DNA of 31,122 nucleotides. Origin: a virus. Taxonomy: Duplodnaviria; Caudoviricetes. Made by a program: the position numbers and the translations under genes. The notes beneath the pieces were generated by a model that was not told where the DNA came from, made no database searches, and saw only the letters and a program-made list of their open reading frames with translations. The stretch spans positions 1-31,122 of the IMG/VR virus record IMGVR_UViG_3300045557_000045; one strand, written 5' to 3'. This document shows, one piece after another, positions 1 to 10,198 of this stretch (positions are counted from its first letter, which is position 1; each line of letters begins with the position of its first letter).

Positions 1-386
1 TTTGCTTCTGAAGTTGGGTGATAGTCTGGGTCGTAGATTCGGCGAAGGATGTCATAGACAGCAATAGCGAGTCGAAGTTGAGCACTAGCCCGTTCGTTTT
101 CGTTTCGAGCCTTTGCGATATCTGAAAAATGCTCTGCGACAACTGCATTAAGCTGTCCTGTGAGCTCAGCACCTTGTCGAGCGTCTGCCCTGATGTCTCC
201 GAGCTCTGCAGTGAGTTCTGCAGCGCGTCGCTGCCAATCTGCCACAGCAGACTGGTAGGCAGTGATGACAGCTCGGCTTGTGGCGGCGTCGTTCCCTGCA
301 CGGTAGAGACAGAATCCACCGATGATTCCTGCGCCCAAGATAAACCCACAAACACCAACAAGAAGATAAGAGCGAAATTTGTCCAT
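1..386 (-). CDS. Lysis-cassette protein B (3' end outside window): N-terminal TM anchor plus coiled coil, i-spanin-like, in a different frame from A
   Basis: ATG at 386 reads MDKFRSYLLVGVCGFILGAGIIGGFCLYRAG...WQRRAAELTAELGDIRADARQ..., open to the window edge. Confidence 0.6.
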   Translation of the reverse strand, partial: MDKFRSYLLVGVCGFILGAGIIGGFCLYRAGNDAATSRAVITAYQSAVADWQRRAAELTAELGDIRADARQGAELTGQLNAVVAEHFSDIAKARNENERASAQLRLAIAVYDILRRIYDPDYHPTSEA

Positions 387-391
387 CTCAT
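1..391 (-). CDS. Lysis-cassette protein A (3' end outside window): signal peptide plus Ser/Gln-rich helical region, spanin-like candidate
   Basis: ATG at 391 overlaps the holin stop (ATGA) with SD GGAGG just upstream. Reads MRWTNFALIFLLVFVGLSWA|QESSVDSV... with no stop to the window edge. Absent from the ORF track because it has no stop. Confidence 0.6.
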   Translation of the reverse strand, partial: MRWTNFALIFLLVFVGLSWAQESSVDSVSTVQGTTPPQAELSSLPTSLLWQIGSDALQNSLQSSETSGQTLDKVLSSQDSLMQLSQSIFQISQRLETKTNGLVLNFDSLLLSMTSFAESTTQTITQLQKQ

Positions 392-624
392 TTTTCCTCC
401 TCGGCCACGGATTTATCGAGCTCGGGCCGATAGTATTTCGCGCGCTGCCAAGAGTCGGCAACCTGGACGCCGCCGTACCCGACACCGCCGAATGCGATTG
501 CGCCCACGATCGTTGCGCCGATGCCGCTCGCTAAGAGTTCGGGATTGACGAGGAGCGTGAGGATATAAAGGGCAACGAGCACCGCCGTGGTCGCAACCCA
601 CGCCTTCCACTTCCGCCCGCTCAT
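388..624 (-). CDS. Putative holin (78 aa, two hydrophobic segments)
   Basis: Basic N-terminus, two TM-like stretches and a charged C-terminus. Lies directly after the endolysin with ATGA coupling. Confidence 0.7.
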   Translation of the reverse strand: MSGRKWKAWVATTAVLVALYILTLLVNPELLASGIGATIVGAIAFGGVGYGGVQVADSWQRAKYYRPELDKSVAEEEK

Positions 625-1206
625 AGGTACTCCAGTGGATTGATGCGCGCCGAATAGTCATCGAGCCTATCGGCCTGGTGGTGGATCTCCCAGTGGACGT
701 GGGGACCCGTCGATTGCCCAGCATTGCCGACCGGAGCAAGCCGCTGACCTTGTTTGACGTAGACTTGATCCGTCATAAGAATGTGACTCGGCCAGCGGGT
801 CACGGTGCGCTCCTCAATGTAGTACATGGAGTGCCATGGCCGCCGAATTCCGGATCGTGATTCAGGATTCGACTCGGCCAGAAGTGGCAGAGGATGTGGA
901 GCCGGTTCGTCCCCCGCTCGATGATGGTGATGATACCGCCATAGACTTCATGCCAGTACTTGTGCCATGGTAGCTCGAGGATGTCGGGCTTCTCATCTTT
1001 CCCCCATACGTGGCCCTGCGTCCCTGGCTCGACGCCTCGAAAGATCACAAACGCCTGCGCCTCGCCATCGACTGGGGATACCGCCACGCCATCGCCGCGC
1101 GCGATATCGAGCGCCCCATGAACATGATCCCTGCGATTCACAGGCTGCGAGAGAGGACGAAGCTCATCGAACCCAGCGTTACTATGCCACCTTTTATGGG
1201 TATCAT
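621..1206 (-). CDS. M23-family peptidase endolysin (reconstructed across frameshifts)
   Basis: HxxxD (HVHGALD) in ORF 800..1141 and VxxGQRLAxVGNAGQSTGPHVHWE (HxH) in ORF 621..827. Start ATG at 1206 overlaps the upstream stop. Confidence 0.85.
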
Positions 1207-1504
1207 TTTGGACGCTCCATAAACTTTTCTAGCCTGCGCGACAGCTCATCTATTTTTTCGATGATGTGTCGAAGATCGGCCTGGATTTCGGCGATTATCA
1301 CGTCCTTTCTCTTATCGGCGGTCTCCAGCGCCTCGATTTGCCCATCGTGGCATTCCAGCTTGTCTTGCATATCCTTGATCTTTTGCATGGCTGCCCCTCT
1401 TCCTGCGCTGCTTTCTTTTGCGCGCGAAGAAACGTGATGATCGCCGCGAAAGTTGCGATTGCTCCTAGAATTTGCCCCACCGCTATCAAGTCGATTGTGA
1501 GCAT
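1203..1504 (-). CDS. Small membrane-anchored coiled-coil protein (holin/antiholin-like; one frameshift)
   Basis: ORF 1298..1504 (TM: IAVGQILGAIATFAAIITFL) joins ORF 1203..1388 (coiled coil); immediately upstream of the endolysin. Confidence 0.6.
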
Positions 1505-1505
1505 A

Positions 1506-1673
1506 TCATGCCTCCGGCGGTGTCACTTTGATACCGTCTGTTGCCTTCTCTGCCGAAACTAATTCATCAATGAGCTGTATCGCGCCCTGTAACGCGTTGA
1601 CACTTGACAGTAGCCTCGTCTGTTCAGCCTGTAATTCTGCTTTACGTTTCTGTAACTGCTCAATCGTAATCAT
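1506..1673 (-). CDS. Hypothetical 55-aa coiled-coil protein
   Basis: MITIEQLQKRKAELQAEQTRLLSSVNALQGAIQLIDELV... with SD AAGGAG upstream; below the ORF-track cutoff. Confidence 0.7.
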   Translation of the reverse strand: MITIEQLQKRKAELQAEQTRLLSSVNALQGAIQLIDELVSAEKATDGIKVTPPEA

Positions 1674-1684
1674 ATTTACTCCTT

Positions 1685-1994
1685 TTACCTTATAGGTATT
1701 CTTACAAAAACCTTATTGTATCCGCCCTCATATTTGGGCTTGATTTCATTACCGATTATTGTTGCGTAGGGCTGTATTGGATGAAAGCAACTGTGCTCAT
1801 AGCCAATGGCGTAAAGTACGAGTCCATCCTGCCACCTGCATACAACACCCCACTATCCATTTTATTGCCAGCGAGGTGTATAAAGGCCCCTATCTCCTGC
1901 CAAGGCTGGTTCCAAGCGTTGTAATTGAACATCCCCCCCCCGATATAAAGCCTGCCTCTAACGCCGCTGAAAGCATAAGTGCCTTAAAGATCAC
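1685..1994 (-). CDS. Hypothetical beta-rich protein (frameshifted, possibly internally deleted)
   Basis: Joined frames give MIFKALMLSAALEAGFISGGMFNYNAW...GGRMDSYFTP/GYEHSCFHPIQPYATIIGNEIKPKYEGGYNKVFVRIPIR; GTG start 2 nt after the previous stop. Confidence 0.45.
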
Positions 1995-1996
1995 AA

Positions 1997-2400
1997 TTAC
2001 ACCTGCCCCAGAGTTGGCCAGACCACGTTATCAGGGAAGCCGGTTTGTTTAGTGACATCCCGAAGTGCTTGGATATATTTCAAAATAGGCTCAATGGTTC
2101 TAACGGTGTTAAACCTAGCGCCATATAATCCGCATAACGCGCTTTCCTCCACTCAACTGCTTGTATCCGCAAGTCGCGTTCTTCACGTATCGCTGCGGCC
2201 TTTTGTTCGATTGTAAGTTCTACTGGTGGTAGAATTTCTGCATTGGTTTGTGCGAGATATGCTTGCAGTTCTGCCCACTCCCTCGGAGTATCTGTTCGAT
2301 GGAAACAAAATGGCATTCCATTAAAATAACCCTGAATAGCATCGCTGTTTACTTGATGGAATGGCCCTGTTATCTTGTTAGCTTCAAACATATTACTCAT
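1997..2400 (-). CDS. Tail fibre assembly chaperone (Tfa-like; frameshift near C-terminus)
   Basis: IREERDLRI... followed, after a frame change, by ILKYIQALRDVTKQTGFPDNVVWP, the typical Tfa C-terminal motif; follows the fibre gene. Confidence 0.85.
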
Positions 2401-2401
2401 A

Positions 2402-5400
2402 TTATGCTATCCTTATTGCCTGATAATTAAATGCAAGGTTTGTACCCCCAGCATATATACCAACGGTATCACCACTAATTGCCCGCATTACAAACCATGT
2501 CCCGCGCGCAGGGAGAACCTGCCCACCACCCGCATAGTTTGTCCATGCCAATTCCCCCACTCGATTTGTGTCTTGTGTAACACCAAGAAGATAAATTGGA
2601 TTTGTCGTACCATACCGTCCTCCAATAACAGCACCACTCGTCATAAAATTCCAGGTTGTATATGTTGAGGTATCCAAAGCCTGTAAGACCAATCCAACAT
2701 TATTAGCGCTTATATCAACCCATGCGGTACCAGTTGTCCAACTTCCAGCCGTATAACACCTGGACAGAGACAAAAAGCCCCTATTATCCAGCTGTACCAT
2801 CTTGTCTCCAACGCTAGGCGATGCATAGCTAGTGCCTGAAAAAATAGATACCAAACCAGCATCTATGTGTAAGTGTGTGCCTGTTATTACTCCAGAAAAA
2901 GTGATATTTTGTGAAAAGAGATTTGTAACATTGATCTTATCCGCAGTGATTGCACCAGCAGCAATATTGGCAGCGGTAATCGTCCAGCAGCTATCAGTGC
3001 CCCTGTAATCGTTCCAGCCGCGATCTGTGTTGCGGTAATCGTTCCAGCCGCTATTTTTGCAGCCGTCACGGCGTTCGCCGCGAGCGCATCCGTGCTGACT
3101 GCGCCTGCAGCTATCTTCGCTGCTGTAACCGCGCCCGCTGCAATCTGTGTCGCAGTCACTGAATTGGCCGCGAGCTCTGAGGCCGTGATCGTTCCTGCTG
3201 CAATAAGACTGCCTGTAATGGTGTCGGCGGCAATCTGTGTTGCGGTAATCGTTCCAGCCGCTATTTTTGCAGCCGTCACGGCGTTCGCCGCGAGCGCATC
3301 CGTGCTGACTGCGCCTGCAGCTATCTTCGCTGCTGTAACCGCGCCCGCTGCAATCTGTGTCGCAGTCACTGAATTGGCCGCGAGCTCTGAGGCCGTGATC
3401 GTTCCTGCTGCAATAAGACTGCCTGTAATGGTGTCGGCGGCAATCTGTGTTGCGGTAATCGTTCCAGCCGCTATTTTTGCAGCCGTCACGGCGTTCGCCG
3501 CGAGCGCATCCGTGCTGACTGCGCCTGCAGCTATCTTCGCTGCTGTAACCGCGCCCGCTGCAATCTGTGTCGCAGTCACTGAATTGGCCGCGAGCTCATT
3601 TGCGGTTATCGCGTTTGCCTCAATTTGTCCAGCTCGGACCAATTCTTCAATAAAAGACCAGATACGCGCACGTAGCCTGCGAGATTGTTATAATTCAACA
3701 AGAAGTCTGGAAGAACATACCGCATCCCAGATTGCCAGTCGGATGGCCCCCAGGTGTACTCGAATAGTTGCCAAGAAGTAGACAGTGATGCAGGAGCTGG
3801 TTTATACGGGGATCGTCCTCCATTGGTAGCGCATGTTGTACCTTCGTTGTTAAGATATTGTCGAAGACAGAAATAAATATATGCCCCCGCAGTATCGGCC
3901 TTTGCCCAGAATCGCACGCGATAGTTTTTGGTACGGTCGATCGGGATGTATTTATTGTCATATACAAACGCAGATGCCCCATTTGCTGATGCAAGCACCT
4001 TATTGCCTTCCGGTGCAGACGTATCAATCAATATAGTAAACATGCTTGCACCAGAGGATGACCAGCACGACGAATCTTCCATCCATGGATCTTGATTTAT
4101 GCAAAAGAGGCCACGATTACCCTTGACTCCCTGTGGTCCGGTTGGCCCCTGTGGCCCCGTCGGGCCTTGCGGTCCCGTTGCACCTGCGGCCCAACGATCT
4201 TCAGGGCCGCTGACCAGGTGGTACCTCCGTCATTCGATGTACGCATGTACTGCTTTGCGGAATCGTAGGTCGCAGTCCATCCCGTGGAGCCATCGTTCGA
4301 GTATTGGAACAGGACGTTCGGCGCCGCCGCGCCGTTCGTTCCACCGTAGCCTACCGCATAGGGCGTCGGCGTGCCCCATGTTGCACTGATGGTGGCGTTC
4401 GTGGTGTTGTCCGTCGCGATGAGCGTGATCGCCCAGCACGTTTGGCCAGCGACCGATGCCCCGGGTGTCGCAGACCAGCCGTTGAGCACTTCGGTACCGG
4501 AAGCCCAGCTCGCAGTCGCCCATGTGTACACCGGTGTACCTGTAGGCCACCCGCTTGTGGGGGCGGTTGCTGCCCACTTATAGAGCGTGCGGGTGGCAAC
4601 ACGATAGCCCGGTGTCCCTGTGAGGCCCTGTTTATTTTTGGAGATCGTAAATCGAAGCGAAATCGACGCATATCCCTCGCGCGACGCAGTTAGGTCGACA
4701 TAGCCTGAGTCAGCAGTGAGATTGGAGATAGTGTACGTTTTGCCCGATAGCGATCCCACGACGCCTGCTGAGTGCGATTCCTGGACGCTCCAATTCTCGC
4801 TGTCATCCGCTCCCCCAAGAGTAATCGTCATGGTAGTCGCGCAACCGAGGTAGTTGCCATTCAAACCGTTCTCATCGGTCGGAACAACGTGGTCATAGTT
4901 GGAAAGGCGGGCGTTAATCGCAGCCTTATCATCAAGCGTCCATATATTCGGAAGTGCAGTACATTTGTAACGGACGCCATTAAATATACCGTATTGCCCA
5001 AGATAATCAGCTTCATCCGTTAAGCTTGATAGATTTTTTTGTGATGGATATTTCTGGACTGGTTTGTCTGTGGGCTTAATTGGGACTCTTTTTATTGGTG
5101 CTTCGATATAATCTCCGACACCCTCGGCGAGAGCATAGAAGGTTTTTAAATTCTCCCATCGACAATCTTTCTAATCCGCAATTTCTGAGTCGCACCAAGA
5201 ATTTCTTGATCACGGTATGTGACGATTTCACCGAGCATGAGTTCGACGCCGGTGAGATAATTGAATTCATATAGATAGACTGAATGTTTGTGCCACGAAG
5301 CCCTGCCATTCGCGCAACGCTCGGCATCTGGCTGCATTGTGATATTGTCAGTCTCAATACATTCTCGATCGTTCGTGCTTGGGACGATCTCAGCCGAGAT

Positions 5401-6456
5401 AGTATGCTTGTCTCCCTTCACTATGGTATCGCCACGGATCCGTAGTTTTGTGATGACTCCGCCTGTTGCTGAATAGAAACGGAGATTCGTTCCCTTCCCT
5501 TCATGCTCACAGACTTGAAGTTCGACGTCTCCCGTATGCGACCATTCCAGTGTCGGGTTATCGACCGCGATGAGCTCATAGTCTTCCAGTGCAAAATTGC
5601 ATTTCACCGGAGTGTCTGCATCAGCACCTTCAGGATAATAGTGCTCCGCGGCGACCTGAATTGAGCACGGAAGCGACGCAGTTTTCCCGGTCGAATCTTC
5701 AAAGATCACTTGATCAGTGAGAAGAGTATGCGGCCAGAACGTCACATCGACAGCCTCATCCATGAACTCATCGCGGCGGATCTTATAGCCTTCAGCGATA
5801 TTTCCACCTGTGCCAGTCTTCAATTCTTTGGTTGTGATGAATTCCTCAGGATAGAGATCGAAAAGCTCGAGCACGCCATCCGCTGTAGTTATAATTGTGT
5901 AGACAGTATCTTTGAGGAGTTTCTCGATGAGGCTTTGCAACTCGACCGCTGTATCAGTGCCGTCGACGCAATACCGATCGAGCGTAATGTCGATGAGCGA
6001 AAAATTAAGCTCTGCGTCGATGAACCCAGCAAGGTAAAAAAGCTGGTGGAGAATTGAAGTGTTCTTATGTAATGGGTCAGAAATTTTATAGTTTGCCCAA
6101 GTGAACGATGTCGTGATCTTCTTTTTATTAAGTCGATAATAGGGCTCGACGCATTCGAGTTCAAGCGCGTCGACATGAAGCAGACCTATAGAAACATCCA
6201 TATTGCGGCGAATCGTCCCCGCAAAGAATGCTGCGCCATCTTTTATGATAAGACACTTGGGATCGGTGGTCGCAGCGAGGAACGCACTAACAATTTCTCT
6301 GTTCCGGTTGATGGAAAATCTACAAGTCCCCGTAACCGGCATAAGATTATCATTATGTAATTCTCTTGTTCGTCGAATGGGATATCGACCGACGAGATAG
6401 GATGTGTAGTCGACGTACCCTGCGCCGAAGTTGATCCATACTTCATAGCGAGACAT
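2402..6456 (-). CDS. Very large tail hub/fibre (host-specificity) protein, about 1350 aa, split by indels
   Basis: ORFs 5146..6456, 4097..4864, 3606..4082, 2887..3642 and 2402..2854 join by single-base frame changes (e.g. ...KIVDG/ENLKTFYALAEGVG...NARLSNYDHVVPTDENGLNGNY). Contains collagen triplets, a carbohydrate-binding-like domain and AANAVTAAKI-type repeats. Confidence 0.75.
3023..3597. repeat. Tandem repeat: 210-bp unit x about 2.7 identical copies, built of 30-bp (10-aa) sub-repeats
   Basis: tgcggtaatcgttccagccgctatttttgc recurs at 3031, 3241 and 3451 with identical intervening sequence. Confidence 0.95.
4110..4192 (-). repeat. Collagen-like Gly-X-Y repeat in the tail fibre
   Basis: Minus strand reads GPQG-ATGPQGPTGPQGPTGPQGSQGNRG (one indel). 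Confidence 0.85.
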
Positions 6457-9404
6457 CAGGTGACTCCCAGCACACCGGCTGATTTAAGTTCGCGCCCGAT
6501 GATGAGCGCGAACTCGCTTATTCCGTCACTGCCAACAAGTGCATCGGTGTTCACAGTTACATACACATTGATGTCTCTCGGTTTTGTATAACTAGCCGTT
6601 GAACCAGATCCGCCAGATCCTGTACATGAGCCAAGACCCGCGCTCGCGAGATCTTCGAGAGATATCTTGGATAGGGTCCCGCTGTCGAGGCTGATAGTAT
6701 CAAGATGTACTCCGATCCAGCCGAGGAGGAAATTTTTAGTCTTTGCGATCGCGTTGTACATCCAATTGCCGACGGTGATGATCGCGTTTCCTACCGGCAG
6801 CATGACATTGTTGTAGAACCATACGAACCCCTGCGCCAATGCCGTGATGATAGGCGATAAGCGGAGATGATGGGTGAGAGTATGGTTCCCAGGAAGGTTC
6901 CTATGGTACGCAGAATGCCCATGAGTGGAGCCAAGACGGTGCTGACGAGTGGGCTGACGACATCCGCGAACCCTTGGAGTATCGGGAGCAACACCGCCAT
7001 CACTGGATTGACGCCGGCGATCATCTGCCCAAATGGCCCAAGCGCGGACATGATGGAGCTGATCATGATTGAGCTGCCCGGTCGCATCCAGGGCTGTTGA
7101 TTCCTTCACTGAAGCGAAGCTGGCTTGGATACTATCTTTTGCGGAAATGACACTCGCGAAGGCTCTCGTGAGTATGGTCGCTTTCGAGCTCGTTTCCTGC
7201 AGTTGCTTCGCACATTTGTGATGCGGCGAGCCCGAGAGATGTGATATCAACCAGATAGGCTTCATACTCTGTGACCATCTGTTGATCGACTTCGGATTGC
7301 GTAGGAACCTTGGCTGCAAAAGAAAGACCACCTGTGATACCGGTGAGAGTATTGGTTTCTGCCATGATTGGAGGATACTATTGTAAGATAAGGCGTTCGC
7401 GGCGGGATATACATATATTGAAAATCTGAGTCAATCTCTTTTATTTTCCTTGTAGCCGTATCGGTTATATCAAGATTGGCCTGGACTGTTTTTCGCGCTT
7501 CATCTTCGGCTTGCCGAGCATAGATTGCGGAAAGTTGATCGAGACTTTGCGCTCCTGCTTGTGTTAGCGATTTTACATCGTCAGCAAAGGCTGCAACGCC
7601 CGCGTCGTATCTCTTGATCACCTCGACGGCGCCATTGGTGAGATCAATATTTGATTGTACAGGAGCTCGTATAGTGATTTCGTACATCTGCTGGATGCTC
7701 TCGGATCCCAGCTTCATGATTGTTTTTACGTCTGAAAGATATTCATCATAGTCAGTTGCCATTTTAGCGTTTGACTCTTCGATGGATGGACACAAGGGCT
7801 TGAAAGACAATCCCCAGGCATGCCTGCGGAGAAAACACTTTTTTCATTCCATCGACTACGGCGTTTGAAACGTACTCTGAATATGTTTTATTTGAATTCT
7901 CATATTCAGATACGACTCTATTATTGTATTCTTCCAGAGAAGGTATTTGTGCCTTGAATGAAAGCCACCGGAAATCCCTGCAATTATCGGTGGGTATAAT
8001 TTATTCAATGCATCTGAAACCGAATTCGAGACTGATTCTGCATATATTTTGGGTTCGGGAATAAGTGTCTGAAGATATTGAAATAAGGTTTTAGCATCTT
8101 GAAGTCTGCTTTGTCCTTCTGGCCCTAGCTGTAGAGTTTCCGCAGAGTAAATTTGCCCTCTAATCGATGCCACCAAGCCTTGCAATTGCTCTTTGCTATA
8201 ATATTCAGGGTGATTTTCGTTAATCTGTAATATTTGGGAAATCGAATCGGCTAGCTTATCAACAATGGTGTAATTGCTTTTTAGGAGTCTTGTGAGCGCG
8301 TCATCCGTTCAATACTTGAAGCGGAGCTTTGAGTGCTCGAAGGTCGTACGTTGAACACTTCGCTGGGTTTCTCCCGACGAAAGAGCTTGGCTCTGTCGCA
8401 CAAGTTCCTGGATATATTGTCCAAGTCTTGTACGTTCCTCGATGAGAGCTCTTAGTTCAGGGCTGGACTTCCCACCAAGTGTTGCTTTAAGGTCCGAAAT
8501 CTTCCTGTCATAGTCTCGCAGATTATCCTGTTCGACCGAAATCAGTTTCTGAAGCGTTGTAATCGCTTGAGCCACCGATGCAGGCGAGTCCACCAACGCA
8601 TTGAATTTGAACGAGGTTGATTCAATTATAAGGCCGAGATCGCTCCAACCATCGATCGCTAATTGCAGATACTGGAGCATGGGAGAGAATAGCGGTGCAA
8701 CCAATTCTCCGAGCGTTTCTTTGAGATCTCCGAACTTGTCATTCAGGTTCTTGAGTTTTTGAGGGATGTTGTTCTCGGCCAATTCATCTGAAATCGGTCC
8801 GAGCTTTTGATTGATTAAATCAACGCCTCTCCAGCCAAGAGTTGTCTTTTGTGAGGTTCTTGATTTCAGGAATTATCTGAGAAAGGCGACCTGTAGTGCC
8901 AGAATAAGTAGCATTTAAAAGTTGAAACGATGAATTAAGATCCTTCCCAGTAATGTTCGCAAGGCTTACCGCAGCGGTCGCTATCGCCTGTATTTGCGAA
9001 TCCGATTTTCCAAGTGAGGCAAGTTCGGCAATAAGATTCTCTATCTCATCTTTTGATGAAAGGGTTTTTTGCGTAAGCGATTCGATTAAATCTACATTAC
9101 GGGAAAATGATTCCTCATTATTCCCAAGTGCAATTTTTAACTGCTGCATTCGGCGATCCATTTCGCCGAATTCCTGATAGCATTCGAATGCTGTTTCCGT
9201 AATCTTCTTGAGTCCAGCTACGACAGCGGTTACCACAAAGCCATTAAAAATACCCTGGAGCAGCTTCGTTTTGTCAGAAAGTGCGTCGGTTGTAGATGAT
9301 GTAGACTTCGTCTCATCTGATAGGCCACGAATTCCCTTCCTGGCTTTCTCGGCTGCATCTGAGATCGATTCTTTGCCAATAAGTTCCGTTACTGTCGAAC
9401 TCAT
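6456..9404 (-). CDS. Tape measure protein (multiple frameshifts)
   Basis: Follows the G/GT chaperone; helical Ala/Leu/Ser-rich fragments (8820..9404, 8309..8782, 7856..8185, 7262..7810, 6791..7087); ends with a typical INVYVTVN...LIIGRELK tail. Confidence 0.85.
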
Positions 9405-10188
9405 TTCCCTGACCTTATCTTTTCGTTCATCCTCTCGACCCAGCGATTACGGGCAATGTTATAGATTTCGATGTCCCTGGCAGGCTGTTCTCTAAGCGGA
9501 CCAGCCTCTGGAAAGTGTCGAAGCGCTCCATCGCCGTCGATCATGAGGACCATGTCACGCACCCATGGTCCCCATGCCAAAAGCGCCTCGATTGGATCGA
9601 TTCCATCGATATCTCCAGATCCTTCTTCGAATTTGCTTCCGTCGAATATCCAATCCGTGACATCGCGAATCAGGGCGACGTCGGAAGCTGCAAAGGGGCG
9701 TTTTTCGCCTCCACAACCTCAAGAATTTCGTTGAAGATGTCTTTGTACTCGAGCAAGCTTCGAGCCCAGTCCATCGAGCCTCCCTCGGGTTCGCCGAAGA
9801 AATTGTGTGCATGGACGCCGTAGGCAAGCTTTACAAGTTGGGTATCGATGTCAGCGAATTCTTCCGGAGTCATGTTCTCGATGATGGTCATAACCACCTT
9901 GTCTTTGAGTTCATCGGATATTTCCCCGGACATTGTTCCAATGTCCGACTTATCGTTCGAGTGCGAGCTCTCGAGTAAGGTACGCCGCACGGAATCCTTC
10001 TTCATCTGGGCACGCGCGGCGACCGCTATCATTTGAGCCTCAGCTGCCTTTGAGAACCGCCGAGGTTGAATCCAGTAGCCGGGAAGGCTCTTGAGTTCGA
10101 CCTTCTCGCCGATGGTCAGCACATCCGCCGCGACCTTCCAGTTGATTTCTTTCTTCATCTTTTCAGGGGTTTTCTTTGCAGCCATCAT
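9401..10188 (-). CDS. Tail assembly chaperone GT, product of a programmed -1 frameshift
   Basis: Slippery C CCT TTG (+ strand caaaggg, 9691-9697). The -1 frame reads AASDVALIRDVTDWIF...FPEAGPLREQPARD...RSGK and its stop overlaps the TMP ATG (ATGA). Confidence 0.8.
9670..10188 (-). CDS. Tail assembly chaperone G
   Basis: Lies between tail tube and tape measure; ends at a slippery sequence. Confidence 0.8.
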   Translation of the reverse strand: MMAAKKTPEKMKKEINWKVAADVLTIGEKVELKSLPGYWIQPRRFSKAAEAQMIAVAARAQMKKDSVRRTLLESSHSNDKSDIGTMSGEISDELKDKVVMTIIENMTPEEFADIDTQLVKLAYGVHAHNFFGEPEGGSMDWARSLLEYKDIFNEILEVVEAKNAPLQLPTSP

Positions 10189-10198
10189 GTACCTCTTT

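Noticed and set aside
2402-2900. Diversity-generating retroelement or invertible tail-fibre cassette
   Set aside because: No reverse transcriptase, no TR/VR pair differing at adenines, and no invertase or inverted alternative tip seen in the window
3092-3781. 229-aa plus-strand Ala-rich ORF
   Set aside because: Antisense shadow of the repetitive fibre shaft; no SD or promoter
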